Program-made: the position numbers and the translations under genes
In this document: one piece after another, positions 29,585 to 38,615 of the stretch
Numbering within the stretch: the stretch's first letter is position 1
How the letters are laid out: each line of letters opens with the position of its first letter
Notes under the pieces: model-generated
The model's database searches: none
Told to the model about the DNA's origin: nothing
What the model saw: the letters and a program-made list of their open reading frames with translations, nothing else
NCBI GenBank assembly: GCA_016282685.1
Contig: JAEELM010000040.1
Coordinates: 1,267-65,266 of the forward strand
Reading direction: 5' to 3'
Length of the DNA stretch: 64,000 nucleotides
DNA from: Elusimicrobiaceae bacterium
Lineage (GTDB): Bacteria > Elusimicrobiota > Elusimicrobia > Elusimicrobiales > Elusimicrobiaceae

Positions 29585-30594
29585 TTTTTTCTTGCTTCCA
29601 ATAAACGTACGGCTTTTTCAAAGGCTTCATCAACGGACCAATTATCTATTACTTTTACCGGCCCGTTAGCAGAGGTATGTGAGCGAACGGCGGTGGAATG
29701 GTTCCCAATAGGAGAGAATAGTTTGAAATTATAATTGTCCCCGGAATAAAACCCTACAAGCGGGGTTTGATAGGCACAAGCAATATGTACGGGTGCACTA
29801 TCGACAGAAAGACACATATCGACCTGTTTGAGAAGGGCTAAAAATGCTTCTAAATCTTGTTTTCCAGTATAAGTAAAAGATCCTTCCAACGGATATTCTT
29901 CCGGCAAAAACGGAAGAATAAAATGACAATGCGTGTGTTGGTGTAATTTGTTAAGCATCTCGCTCAGTAATGTTCTATCCACTTGCCGGTCTGTGCCAAA
30001 AGGACAAACTAAAATGTTAGGCACGTTCGGTTGAAAAAACGCTTTTACACGGGCTAACGCTTCTGGCGAGGGATTCGTTAGAGTATAAGAGGGCGTTTGG
30101 GCATTTATATGCGGCGCAAAAGGAGTAAGAGCTAAACTTTTGCTTAAATGAGTAGCGGCTAAATTGGGAACATAAAAGTTGTAATTACGGACGGTATTTG
30201 CATTGTAATGTTTTTTCGTTTTTTTCTCAAAGCAAATGGTGTACGAAGGAGCTAAGAAAAAATCAAATAAAATGGTTTTTGATGTAAAAGAGGATTGGTA
30301 ATCAATAAATATTTGGTATTTCCCGCAATGGGTAATGGCCGTCAAAAGGTTATTGGGTAGAATTTCGTCAACAAACGGAATGTGCTTCAGAATTGAGCGA
30401 TTGCGTGGAGTGGACAGAATGCCTAATTTACAGTTGGGATACGCCTTTTTTAGCTGCTTAAAAGCAGCTGATAAGACAACGCTGTCACCTAATCCAGATC
30501 CAATTGGACGAATAAGCACGGAACGAATATTTTTCCAATCTATATTTTTGGCACTGGGCGTGTGGGCAAATAATTTAGCAAATAGTTTTTTCAT
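29581..30594 (-). CDS. GT9-family LPS glycosyltransferase
   Basis: GSGLGDSVV, LSVDSAPVHIA. Confidence 0.85.
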   Translation of the reverse strand: MKKLFAKLFAHTPSAKNIDWKNIRSVLIRPIGSGLGDSVVLSAAFKQLKKAYPNCKLGILSTPRNRSILKHIPFVDEILPNNLLTAITHCGKYQIFIDYQSSFTSKTILFDFFLAPSYTICFEKKTKKHYNANTVRNYNFYVPNLAATHLSKSLALTPFAPHINAQTPSYTLTNPSPEALARVKAFFQPNVPNILVCPFGTDRQVDRTLLSEMLNKLHQHTHCHFILPFLPEEYPLEGSFTYTGKQDLEAFLALLKQVDMCLSVDSAPVHIACAYQTPLVGFYSGDNYNFKLFSPIGNHSTAVRSHTSANGPVKVIDNWSVDEAFEKAVRLLEARKK

Positions 30595-31949
30595 AAAGAG
30601 ACGTGTTGCTTTACAAATTCTTTAATAAGGGCGGTTGTTCTTTGCAACTCTTCCTTTCCTAACGCCGGAAAAGTGCCCACCCAAAACGTGTGATTCATAA
30701 TAAAATCTGTTTGCGGTAAAAGCGCGTATTCTTTTTCCGTTAGACGACTCGAATGGAGAATTTGAGAATTTCCAATGCGCAGTGCGATATCGTTATCCAC
30801 AAAGGCGGGTTGGCGCAGTAAATTGCCGGCAAAAAGTTGGCGTGTACCGACCCCCTGTTCTTCCAGAAATTCTACCAGTTGTTGTTTGGTAAAGGGAGCC
30901 CCTTCTTTGACAGAAATTAAAAACCCGAACCATGAAGGTTTTGTATTTGTGGTAATCTTCGGCAAGATGAGATAATCTTGTAAATCGGTTAAGTTCTTTG
31001 TTAAATACGTCGCATTTTGTGCACGTTTTTCTAAAAATCGTGGCAATTTTTTGAGTTGGCTTACACCGAGTGCGGCCTGCCAGTCGGTAATTTTTAAATT
31101 AAATCCTAAGTGAGAATAAGTGTATTTATGGTCATAGCCAAAGGGAAGATTTCCCAACTGCATTTTAAAACGGTTTTTACAAGTATTATCTGTTCCGGGT
31201 TTGCACCAACAATCGCGTCCCCAATCGCGCAAAGATAAGATAATGCGGTGAAGTTGAGGGTCATTCGTTACGATGGCGCCCCCCTCCCCCATGGTAAGGT
31301 GATGGGCCGGATAAAAACTAAAAGTGCCGATATGCCCAATAGTACCGGCTTTTTGGCCCTTCCATTCTGCACCTAATGCGTCGCACGCGTCTTCAATCAG
31401 CCACAAATTATGTTTTTTGCAAATGGCTAATACAGCGTCCATATCAAACATATTGCCCAGAGTATGGGCTACAAAAACGGCTTTTGTTTTTTGGCTTAGG
31501 GCTGCTTCGATTTGCGCCGCGTCGATATTATAGGTGCCAACTTCACAATCTACAAATACCGGAATTAACCCGTATTGAATGATGGGGCTTACGGTCGTAG
31601 GAAAACTGGTGGCAACGGTAATGACTTCGTCCCCTTTTTGAAGCCGCTTTTCCCCCAGTTTCGGTGAGGTCAGCGCTGCCAGCGCGAGTAAGTTGGCTGA
31701 CGAGCCAGAGTTGACCGTGTGCACAAACCGGATACCTAAAAATTGAGCAAACTCGTTTTCAAATTGGTCACTAAACCGGCCAGACGTAAGCCACATGTCC
31801 AAAGAGGCGTCAATCATGGCCATTAAATCTTCCTCATCTAACAATTTACCTGACGGAGGAATATATTTTAATTCTTGCTTTTTGCCATGTACCTGTTTAT
31901 AGTAATTACGGGCGGCTTGTTTAACAGCTTCTCTTAATTCTTTTTCCAT
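30591..31949 (-). CDS. rfbH: CDP-4-keto-6-deoxyglucose 3-dehydratase (E1, DdhC/RfbH)
   Basis: NSGSSANL, EDACDALG, SFYPAHH (His in place of the aminotransferase Lys), GRDCWC..G.DNTC Fe-S motif. Confidence 0.95.
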   Translation of the reverse strand: MEKELREAVKQAARNYYKQVHGKKQELKYIPPSGKLLDEEDLMAMIDASLDMWLTSGRFSDQFENEFAQFLGIRFVHTVNSGSSANLLALAALTSPKLGEKRLQKGDEVITVATSFPTTVSPIIQYGLIPVFVDCEVGTYNIDAAQIEAALSQKTKAVFVAHTLGNMFDMDAVLAICKKHNLWLIEDACDALGAEWKGQKAGTIGHIGTFSFYPAHHLTMGEGGAIVTNDPQLHRIILSLRDWGRDCWCKPGTDNTCKNRFKMQLGNLPFGYDHKYTYSHLGFNLKITDWQAALGVSQLKKLPRFLEKRAQNATYLTKNLTDLQDYLILPKITTNTKPSWFGFLISVKEGAPFTKQQLVEFLEEQGVGTRQLFAGNLLRQPAFVDNDIALRIGNSQILHSSRLTEKEYALLPQTDFIMNHTFWVGTFPALGKEELQRTTALIKEFVKQHVSL

Positions 31950-33007
31950 TTAATACTCGTTGAATAATCATTAATTTGTTGTAAAGAAAAGGCGCGCATG
32001 TCTGTCTTGCCTTCATAAAATTTTTGATACCACTCTATTGTTTTTTTGATAGCATCTTTGACCGTATAGGTGGGCTGCCAACCCAAAGTTTCTTTTGCCT
32101 TAGTGATATCCAGCATTAGTAAATTAGCTTCATGTAAGCTGTCTTTATGGGAAATTCTTACAGTACCTTTTCCGTAGTTTTGAATAACCAAATTTGTTAC
32201 TTCTTCCACCGTGAGGACACTATCCGTGCAAGGCCCTAAATTAAACTCTTCTGCGTATTTTTTACCTTTGGTATAGAGTAAGTACCCCAAAAGTAAATAT
32301 CCGCTTAATGGTTCCAACACGTGTTGCCAAGGGCGTGTAGCCTGCGGACTACGAATGACAATTTCCTGCCCTTTTTCTATACTGCGTACGCAATCGGGAA
32401 TCAGGCGATCTGTGGCCCAATCTCCCCCTCCGATTACATTTCCTGCCCGTGCAGTGGCCAGCGAGAAACTGCCCGGTTCTTGCAGAAAAGAACGACGGTA
32501 AGAAGAAGATAAAATTTCTACACAGCCTTTAGAAGAAGAATACATATCGTATCCCCCCATGGGATCTCCTTCTTTATAACCCTGAGATACTTCTTTGTTT
32601 TCATAACACTTGTCGCTTGTGATATTTACGAATGCTTTTACGCTTTTACAACGGCGGGCTGCCTCCAGTACTTTGAGGGTACCAATTACGTTCGTTTCAT
32701 ACGTCAATACCGGTTCTAAGTAAGAGAGGCGTACGAGCGGTTGGGCAGCTAAATGAAATATAATTTCCGGTTGAAATTCGGTAAAAACTCGGTTAAGATG
32801 AGTAGAATCCAAGATATTCCCCTCATGATGGGAAATTTCTTGTCGTATTTGAATGGCTTGAAACAGAGAAGGAGTTGTGTTGGGTGCAAGTGAGTAGCCG
32901 CATACTTCGGCCCCGAGTGCCTTTAGCCACAAAGTAAGCCATCCACCCTTAAAGCCAGTATGTCCCGTAACAAGAACACGTTTCCCTTTATAGCTATCTC
33001 TCCACAT
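31934..33007 (-). CDS. rfbG: CDP-glucose 4,6-dehydratase
   Basis: VTGHTGFKGGWL, HLAAQPLVRLSY, TSDKCYEN, YSSSK, ARAGNVIGGGDW, RPWQHVLEP; start uncertain (33007, 33019 or 33049). Confidence 0.95.
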   Translation of the reverse strand: MWRDSYKGKRVLVTGHTGFKGGWLTLWLKALGAEVCGYSLAPNTTPSLFQAIQIRQEISHHEGNILDSTHLNRVFTEFQPEIIFHLAAQPLVRLSYLEPVLTYETNVIGTLKVLEAARRCKSVKAFVNITSDKCYENKEVSQGYKEGDPMGGYDMYSSSKGCVEILSSSYRRSFLQEPGSFSLATARAGNVIGGGDWATDRLIPDCVRSIEKGQEIVIRSPQATRPWQHVLEPLSGYLLLGYLLYTKGKKYAEEFNLGPCTDSVLTVEEVTNLVIQNYGKGTVRISHKDSLHEANLLMLDITKAKETLGWQPTYTVKDAIKKTIEWYQKFYEGKTDMRAFSLQQINDYSTSIKWKKN

Positions 33008-33009
33008 AG

Positions 33010-33786
33010 TTAATCCCATTTTTTCCAAGGGGCTTTGCCGGATTGCCAAAGTTGGGTTAATTGGTTTTTATCACGCAATGTGTCCATAGATTGCCAAAAA
33101 CCATCATGTTTGTAAGCGTGGAGCTGCCCATCTTTAGCTAGCGTTTCCAGAGGAGTGCGTTCAAAAGTGACTTGGTCTCCTTCCCCGATATAATTTAAAA
33201 CTTGTGGTTCGCAAACAAAGAAACCTCCATTAATCCAAGCACCATCTCCCTTAGGCTTTTCCATGAAAGCAGAAACGGTATTGTCTTGATCCATGGTCAC
33301 TGCCCCAAAACGTCCAAAGGGTTTTACTACCGTAACTGTAGCTAATTTTCCGGCAGTTTCATGTGATTTTATTAGATCATGAATATTTACATCACTTACC
33401 CCGTCTCCATATGTGAGCAAGAAACGTTCTCCGTTAATATATTCTTTGGCTTTTTTAATACGGGAACCGGTCATAGTGTCTTGCCCGGTGTAGAGCATGG
33501 TTATTTTCCAAGGTTCTTGTCGCATTTTATGAATAGATACGGTGTTAGTGGCTAAATCAACCGTTAGATCTGAATATTCTTGGTAATAATTTACAAAATA
33601 ATTCTTAATCAGGTGAGATTTATACCCTGTTAAAATAATAAAATCATTAAAACCATAATACGAGTAAGATTTCATGATATGCCATAAAATCGGGCGATTG
33701 CCAATTTCTACCATCGGCTTAGGTTTTAAAACAGTTTCCTCACTTAAACGAGATCCTAATCCTCCGGCTAAAATTAATACTTTCAT
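33010..33786 (-). CDS. rfbF: Glucose-1-phosphate cytidylyltransferase
   Basis: LAGGLGSRLSEET..KPKPMVEIG, TYGDGV, WINGGFFV, GFWQSMDTLRDK. Confidence 0.96.
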   Translation of the reverse strand: MKVLILAGGLGSRLSEETVLKPKPMVEIGNRPILWHIMKSYSYYGFNDFIILTGYKSHLIKNYFVNYYQEYSDLTVDLATNTVSIHKMRQEPWKITMLYTGQDTMTGSRIKKAKEYINGERFLLTYGDGVSDVNIHDLIKSHETAGKLATVTVVKPFGRFGAVTMDQDNTVSAFMEKPKGDGAWINGGFFVCEPQVLNYIGEGDQVTFERTPLETLAKDGQLHAYKHDGFWQSMDTLRDKNQLTQLWQSGKAPWKKWD

Positions 33787-33828
33787 ATTTGTAAATTCCC
33801 CCTCCATTATGGTTATTTTAATAAAGAA

Positions 33829-34770
33829 TTAAAAATTAATGCGTTCTTTTTCAATTACGGCCGGACGCTTTAATACTTGTGTAAAGATGGCCCCGATATA
33901 TTCTCCTAAAATACCTAAAAAGAATAATTGTACCGAAGAAAAAAACAAAACTCCTAATAACAAAGGGGCAGTTCCCATAGGGAAACGATTCCAATAGATA
34001 AGTTTTAATATCAAGTAGATGATACCTAGAATAAAACTAATCAAACTAAGAATAAAACCTCCAAATGCGGCCAGACGCAAAGGTACTTTAGTATGATTGG
34101 TAAATCCTATCATGGCGTTATCGTAAAGCGTGTAGAAGTTATTTTTGGTAAATCCACGCGTGCGTGAAGGTTGTGTAAACGGAACAAGAGCTTTAGGATA
34201 TCCCAACTCACATACGAGCCCGCGGATGTAGGGATAAGGATCGTTCAATCGGCGGATTTCTTCGATTACTTCTCTGTCAAATAGACCAAACCCAGTGCAG
34301 TTATTGGTCAGCTCGGCGCCCGAATCGTTTAACCAGCCTAAGAGTGTATAATACAATTTGCGTGCAATAGCAAAGAACCACTCCTCTTGAGTTTTTGTTT
34401 TTTGAGCCAAAACCACTTTGAAACCTTCTTCCCATTTTTTCAGAAAGTCTCCAATGAGTTCCGGTGGGTCTTGAAGATCGGATGCCATGTAAATAACAGC
34501 ATCTCCCGTTCCTTGCAACATTCCATGATAGGGAGAACGAATATGTCCGAAATTCCGTGTGTTGATAATTACTTTAAAATTTTTATCTTCTTTAGCAATC
34601 TGGCGCAATTCTTCTTGAGTATTATCGGTAGAACCATTATCCAAAACGATTTGTTCATAGTCATATTTTTCTGCGTGTTTGGCCATTTCTGCTTTGACAC
34701 GGGTATAAAGCTCACGAATATTCCCTTCTTCGTTATAGGCACTGGAAATGACAGATATTCTTTTCTTCAT
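33829..34770 (-). CDS. GT2 polyprenol-phosphate glycosyltransferase (GtrB/ArnC-like)
   Basis: YNEEGN, DNGSTD, RNFG, DLQDPPE, GFGL.DR, two C-terminal TMs, LGILGEYIG..F..V..RP. Confidence 0.9.
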   Translation of the reverse strand: MKKRISVISSAYNEEGNIRELYTRVKAEMAKHAEKYDYEQIVLDNGSTDNTQEELRQIAKEDKNFKVIINTRNFGHIRSPYHGMLQGTGDAVIYMASDLQDPPELIGDFLKKWEEGFKVVLAQKTKTQEEWFFAIARKLYYTLLGWLNDSGAELTNNCTGFGLFDREVIEEIRRLNDPYPYIRGLVCELGYPKALVPFTQPSRTRGFTKNNFYTLYDNAMIGFTNHTKVPLRLAAFGGFILSLISFILGIIYLILKLIYWNRFPMGTAPLLLGVLFFSSVQLFFLGILGEYIGAIFTQVLKRPAVIEKERINF

Positions 34771-36569
34771 TTAGACCTCTTTTCTTCGTTGGAGTGAAAT
34801 TTGGTTTTTTTAAATTCATTACGATCTAAAAATGGAAACATATCTTCCAAATCAGGACTGACCAGGGTCCCGTTTGATAATTTGCGTGCGGAAAGTTTTG
34901 GAGAAAACGTGTAATCGGAGGTGCAATCTAATTCACACACAAAAGGCCCTTTTGTGGATAATACTTTTTTTATTCCTTTTTCTACGTCTTTATTTTTTGC
35001 GATACGCATTGCAGACAACCCAAAAGCTTTGGCTACCTGTACAAAATCTGGAACTTCTACGCCACTACTTGCGTTGCAGCCAGTTAAACGGCCGTTGAAA
35101 AAATTGCGTTGCGTTTGGATAATGGAAATATATTCACCGTTTTTAATAATAAAAATTTTGATGGGTAATTGAAGAGTTTTAAGCGTTTGTAACTCTTGAA
35201 TATTCATCATAATACTACCGTCTCCTTCCAGACAAACGGTTTCTTTTTTACCATTGGCCAGGCAGGCTCCCATTGCGGCAGGAAGGCCATAACCCATGGA
35301 GGCATTACCGGAGTTAGAAAAAGTACGTTGTCCTTTTTTATGAGGAAAAGCTTGTAAGAAAGCAACACAAGAGGTTCCGTTAGAAGTTACCAACGTAGTT
35401 GAGGAGGGTAATATTTCCCCTAGTTTTTGCATAAAGAAATAGGGATGAACTTTATCGTTGGCACGTACGCTAAATTCCCGTAAGGGAGGAAATTGCCGTC
35501 GTAAATGTTGGCAATGTGCCAGCCAGCCTTTAGCGCCTAAAGGGTTGGGTAGCAAACGGACAAGCTTTGGAAGTATATCTTTTAAATCTCCACAAATGGC
35601 CAAATCCGGACAGATTGTTGGTTTTTTCAGTTCAGCAGGGTCAATATCTATCACAATCTTCTTGGCATTTTTAGCGTAGTTTTCCCAGTTGTAGCTGATT
35701 TGGCGAATATTGTTACGAGTACCCAAAAATAAAATTACATCGGCATTTTGCAACGTAAAGTTGCCTGCCCGTTGGCCTACTGTTCCGATATGTCCGGCAA
35801 AACAAGGATTTGTGTCTTCGATTAAATCGATTCCGTTAAAGGTAGTAACAACCGGTATTTTGGTCTGAATAAGCAATTTTTCCAATTCCTTTTGCATATT
35901 ACTTAAACGCACGCCATGACCTGCCACAATGAGCGGTTTTTTAGCGTTTTGTAACCATTTAGCGGCCTTTTTAAGGGAAGAAGATAAATTGGTTTTTTTT
36001 GTTTTTTTAGGTATAAATTTTCTGAGTTTTTTAGGATCTATCAAAGCGGCTTGAATGTTAATTGGAATATCTATCCATACCGGGCCGGGGCGCCCGTTGG
36101 TGGCTTGATAAATGGCTTCCTCTAAAACCTTATCAATCTCATTAGGATCTGTTATCATTTTGGCATATTTGGTAAGTGGCGTTACTACGCTGACAATGGG
36201 GGCTTCCTGATCTCCCAATTGCCTTAGTGGCAGTTGTGGGCAACTGGCCAAAGTGGTGGAAGTTTTTACCTGTCCGGAGATAAACAATACAGGCGCGCTG
36301 TCTGTCCATGCTCCAAACACACCGTTGAGGCAATTGAGGCCACCGGGTCCCGTGGTTACGCAAGCGACTGCCAGTTGGTTATTCCGGCGGGCATATCCTT
36401 CGGCCGCTAGAGAAAGAGCCTGTTCATTGTGTGGAAAGATTTTAGCAATCTTTTTACTTCTCCCAAAACTATCGTTCAGATGCATAGCACCGCCACCTGT
36501 TACCATAAATACATGGCGTATACCGTGATCTTCCAATTTTTTTACCACATAGTCCGATAGTTTTATCAT
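34767..36569 (-). CDS. ThDP-dependent acetolactate-synthase-like enzyme (YerE-like)
   Basis: HVFMVTGGGAMHL, HNEQ (catalytic Glu), TTGPG, SGQV, SMGYGLPAA, GDGSIMMNIQEL...N ThDP motif; sits in a sugar-nucleotide cluster. Confidence 0.88.
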   Translation of the reverse strand: MIKLSDYVVKKLEDHGIRHVFMVTGGGAMHLNDSFGRSKKIAKIFPHNEQALSLAAEGYARRNNQLAVACVTTGPGGLNCLNGVFGAWTDSAPVLFISGQVKTSTTLASCPQLPLRQLGDQEAPIVSVVTPLTKYAKMITDPNEIDKVLEEAIYQATNGRPGPVWIDIPINIQAALIDPKKLRKFIPKKTKKTNLSSSLKKAAKWLQNAKKPLIVAGHGVRLSNMQKELEKLLIQTKIPVVTTFNGIDLIEDTNPCFAGHIGTVGQRAGNFTLQNADVILFLGTRNNIRQISYNWENYAKNAKKIVIDIDPAELKKPTICPDLAICGDLKDILPKLVRLLPNPLGAKGWLAHCQHLRRQFPPLREFSVRANDKVHPYFFMQKLGEILPSSTTLVTSNGTSCVAFLQAFPHKKGQRTFSNSGNASMGYGLPAAMGACLANGKKETVCLEGDGSIMMNIQELQTLKTLQLPIKIFIIKNGEYISIIQTQRNFFNGRLTGCNASSGVEVPDFVQVAKAFGLSAMRIAKNKDVEKGIKKVLSTKGPFVCELDCTSDYTFSPKLSARKLSNGTLVSPDLEDMFPFLDRNEFKKTKFHSNEEKRSK

Positions 36570-36570
36570 C

Positions 36571-37653
36571 TTATAATCCGCGTTCTTCAATAAGCCTTTT
36601 TAGCGCCTTATTATGAGCGTAAGGGCAGTCTATTTGTGAAATTTTAATTGGATCGTCTTTTTTAATATCTTCTAAAAGTACTTCTCCCCGCATTAATTCA
36701 CGGCAGGAAATCTGCCCTTTTTGTAAGGGAATGGCTAAATAAACATCTTCGTCGGTTAATTTATGCCCCTTTGGTAAATCCCAACGAGCGTAAACGCCCC
36801 TTACCAGTGCGTCTAAATACGTAATTTCTTTGCGTGGAGCGATATTTTTAGAGGTTGCACTATGCCCACAAAGGATGACGGCCTTTTGATAAGCTTTGAT
36901 CCAGCGGTCTATATCTTCGGGTAGGGAGCAATAGTCGGATATAGGGATATCGTCAGCCTGAATATCAATATGACGCTCAAAAGTACGTGCGCCTTTCGCA
37001 TAGGCGATTAGCATAGAACTTTCCAAATCGTCATTTAACTCATGCGTAGAAAAACCAATGATATGATCTGGGTAACGATTCTTTAAAAAGTCAATTTGAT
37101 TGAGTTCCAATTCTGATTTTTCAGAAGGATAAATACTGACACAATGGTTGATAGCCAATGGAATATTACGGTGTTCAAAGAAAGTAACCAAATCATCAAT
37201 GTCTTTGAGCGAACTTCCTCCTGTCGATACAATAACCGGCTTACGGGTAGTAGCGATCTTTTCAATAAGAATCCAATCGTTTAAATCTGAACTGGCAATT
37301 TTGATGATATCAATGCCCAATTTTACGCAATTGTCTACGGATACTTCATCAAAGGGAGTGGCCATGGGGATGCAATTATTTTGGCGGATAGCATCCACAA
37401 GAATTTGGTAATCTTTGATGTCCATTTGAGTGGCAACGGTTTTTTTAATGTAACGAATATCTTGACGATTTTTAAAATCTTTATGAATAAATGTGGGAAC
37501 ATTGCGGAATTGCAATTTGATAGCAGCACGTACATTATTGAAACGAACAATTTTGGCAAAATCTTCGATAATACGGATGCCGCGTTCCCGTTTACCCCAG
37601 TGATTGTTGGCTAGTTCTAAAACAAATAAATCTTCGAATATTTTGTTTTTCAT
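36571..37653 (-). CDS. NeuB/SpsE-family PEP-dependent synthase with C-terminal SAF/AFP-like domain
   Basis: ELANNHWG, IKLQ, TPFD, KIAS, STG, HCVSIYP, GFSTH, ERH; RGVYARWDLPKG. Confidence 0.85.
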   Translation of the reverse strand: MKNKIFEDLFVLELANNHWGKRERGIRIIEDFAKIVRFNNVRAAIKLQFRNVPTFIHKDFKNRQDIRYIKKTVATQMDIKDYQILVDAIRQNNCIPMATPFDEVSVDNCVKLGIDIIKIASSDLNDWILIEKIATTRKPVIVSTGGSSLKDIDDLVTFFEHRNIPLAINHCVSIYPSEKSELELNQIDFLKNRYPDHIIGFSTHELNDDLESSMLIAYAKGARTFERHIDIQADDIPISDYCSLPEDIDRWIKAYQKAVILCGHSATSKNIAPRKEITYLDALVRGVYARWDLPKGHKLTDEDVYLAIPLQKGQISCRELMRGEVLLEDIKKDDPIKISQIDCPYAHNKALKRLIEERGL

Positions 37654-37670
37654 GTATTTTCCTCTGTGGT

Positions 37671-38558
37671 TTATTTATCTGTTAAGAGTAATTGTCTATC
37701 CAGTAAGTTCTGATGCATTCTATAATAATTAAAAAGCTTTTCTATAGCAGTTTCAAGAGGGGTAAACGAAAGTTGGGGCATTTCTTCTCTTAAACGAGCA
37801 TTGCTGCCGGAATAATTAAGGCCATACCCTTGTTTGGCTACTTGGATAGGATTGTTCTTCCTCCCGATCTTTTGCACTTGTTTTGCCACATCTAACAGCT
37901 CGGTTTCGGTGTCAGGAGTGATGTTATAGGTTTTGTGTTTCGTTTTATTTTCAATAAAAAACTCTAAAATGGGCATTAAATCTTCGACATATAAATAACT
38001 AAAACGACGGTTTTGACGTAGCGTAATCGGTAACCCAAAGAGTGTTTTGCAAATTGCGTTAGAAATAAAACGGATTTCCCAATCTTCTTGAGGACCAAAA
38101 ATACCAAAAATATTAAGATCCACTACGTCGGGCAGATGCTTGATTCGTTGATGAATAACGTACTTGCAAAAACTATGGTCATCTTGCCCCATATGGCTAC
38201 CGATTTGGTCTTCAGTTACCAAACGATTGTCCGCAGCTATATCATAAACGGCACCACTGCCAAAATTAATCAATTTTCCAAATTTATCTTTATGACGAAC
38301 CAAATTTTCGAACATGCGTACGTTGGTATAAAACAAATTTGTAGGGTCTTTCGCGTTGCGATGGCCGGGTTTTGTGGCAGCATGAAGAACCACATCAAAT
38401 TGATGTGTTTGGAAGTAACTATCTACTTGTGTGGTATCGGCAAGGTTTAACTCAAAACTTCTAGGGGCAACCAAATCATATTTTTGGGCCAAAAAACTTT
38501 TTAAGATATTTTTGCCAATAAAACCGTTACCACCGGTAAGTAAAATGGTTTTCTTCAT
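37671..38558 (-). CDS. Extended SDR NAD-dependent epimerase/reductase
   Basis: LTGGNGFIG, GSGAVY, IFGIFGP; the catalytic YxxxK reads HSFCK. Confidence 0.88.
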   Translation of the reverse strand: MKKTILLTGGNGFIGKNILKSFLAQKYDLVAPRSFELNLADTTQVDSYFQTHQFDVVLHAATKPGHRNAKDPTNLFYTNVRMFENLVRHKDKFGKLINFGSGAVYDIAADNRLVTEDQIGSHMGQDDHSFCKYVIHQRIKHLPDVVDLNIFGIFGPQEDWEIRFISNAICKTLFGLPITLRQNRRFSYLYVEDLMPILEFFIENKTKHKTYNITPDTETELLDVAKQVQKIGRKNNPIQVAKQGYGLNYSGSNARLREEMPQLSFTPLETAIEKLFNYYRMHQNLLDRQLLLTDK

Positions 38559-38587
38559 ATATTTTGTATTGTAGCAAATAATAATAG

Positions 38588-38612
38588 AAAAAACCCCGCC
38601 GAAGCGGGGTTT
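38588..38612 (-). terminator. Terminator of RND operon (UUCG tetraloop)
   Basis: Minus strand AAACCCCGC-TTCG-GCGGGG-TTTTTT. Confidence 0.9.
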
Positions 38613-38615
38613 AAA

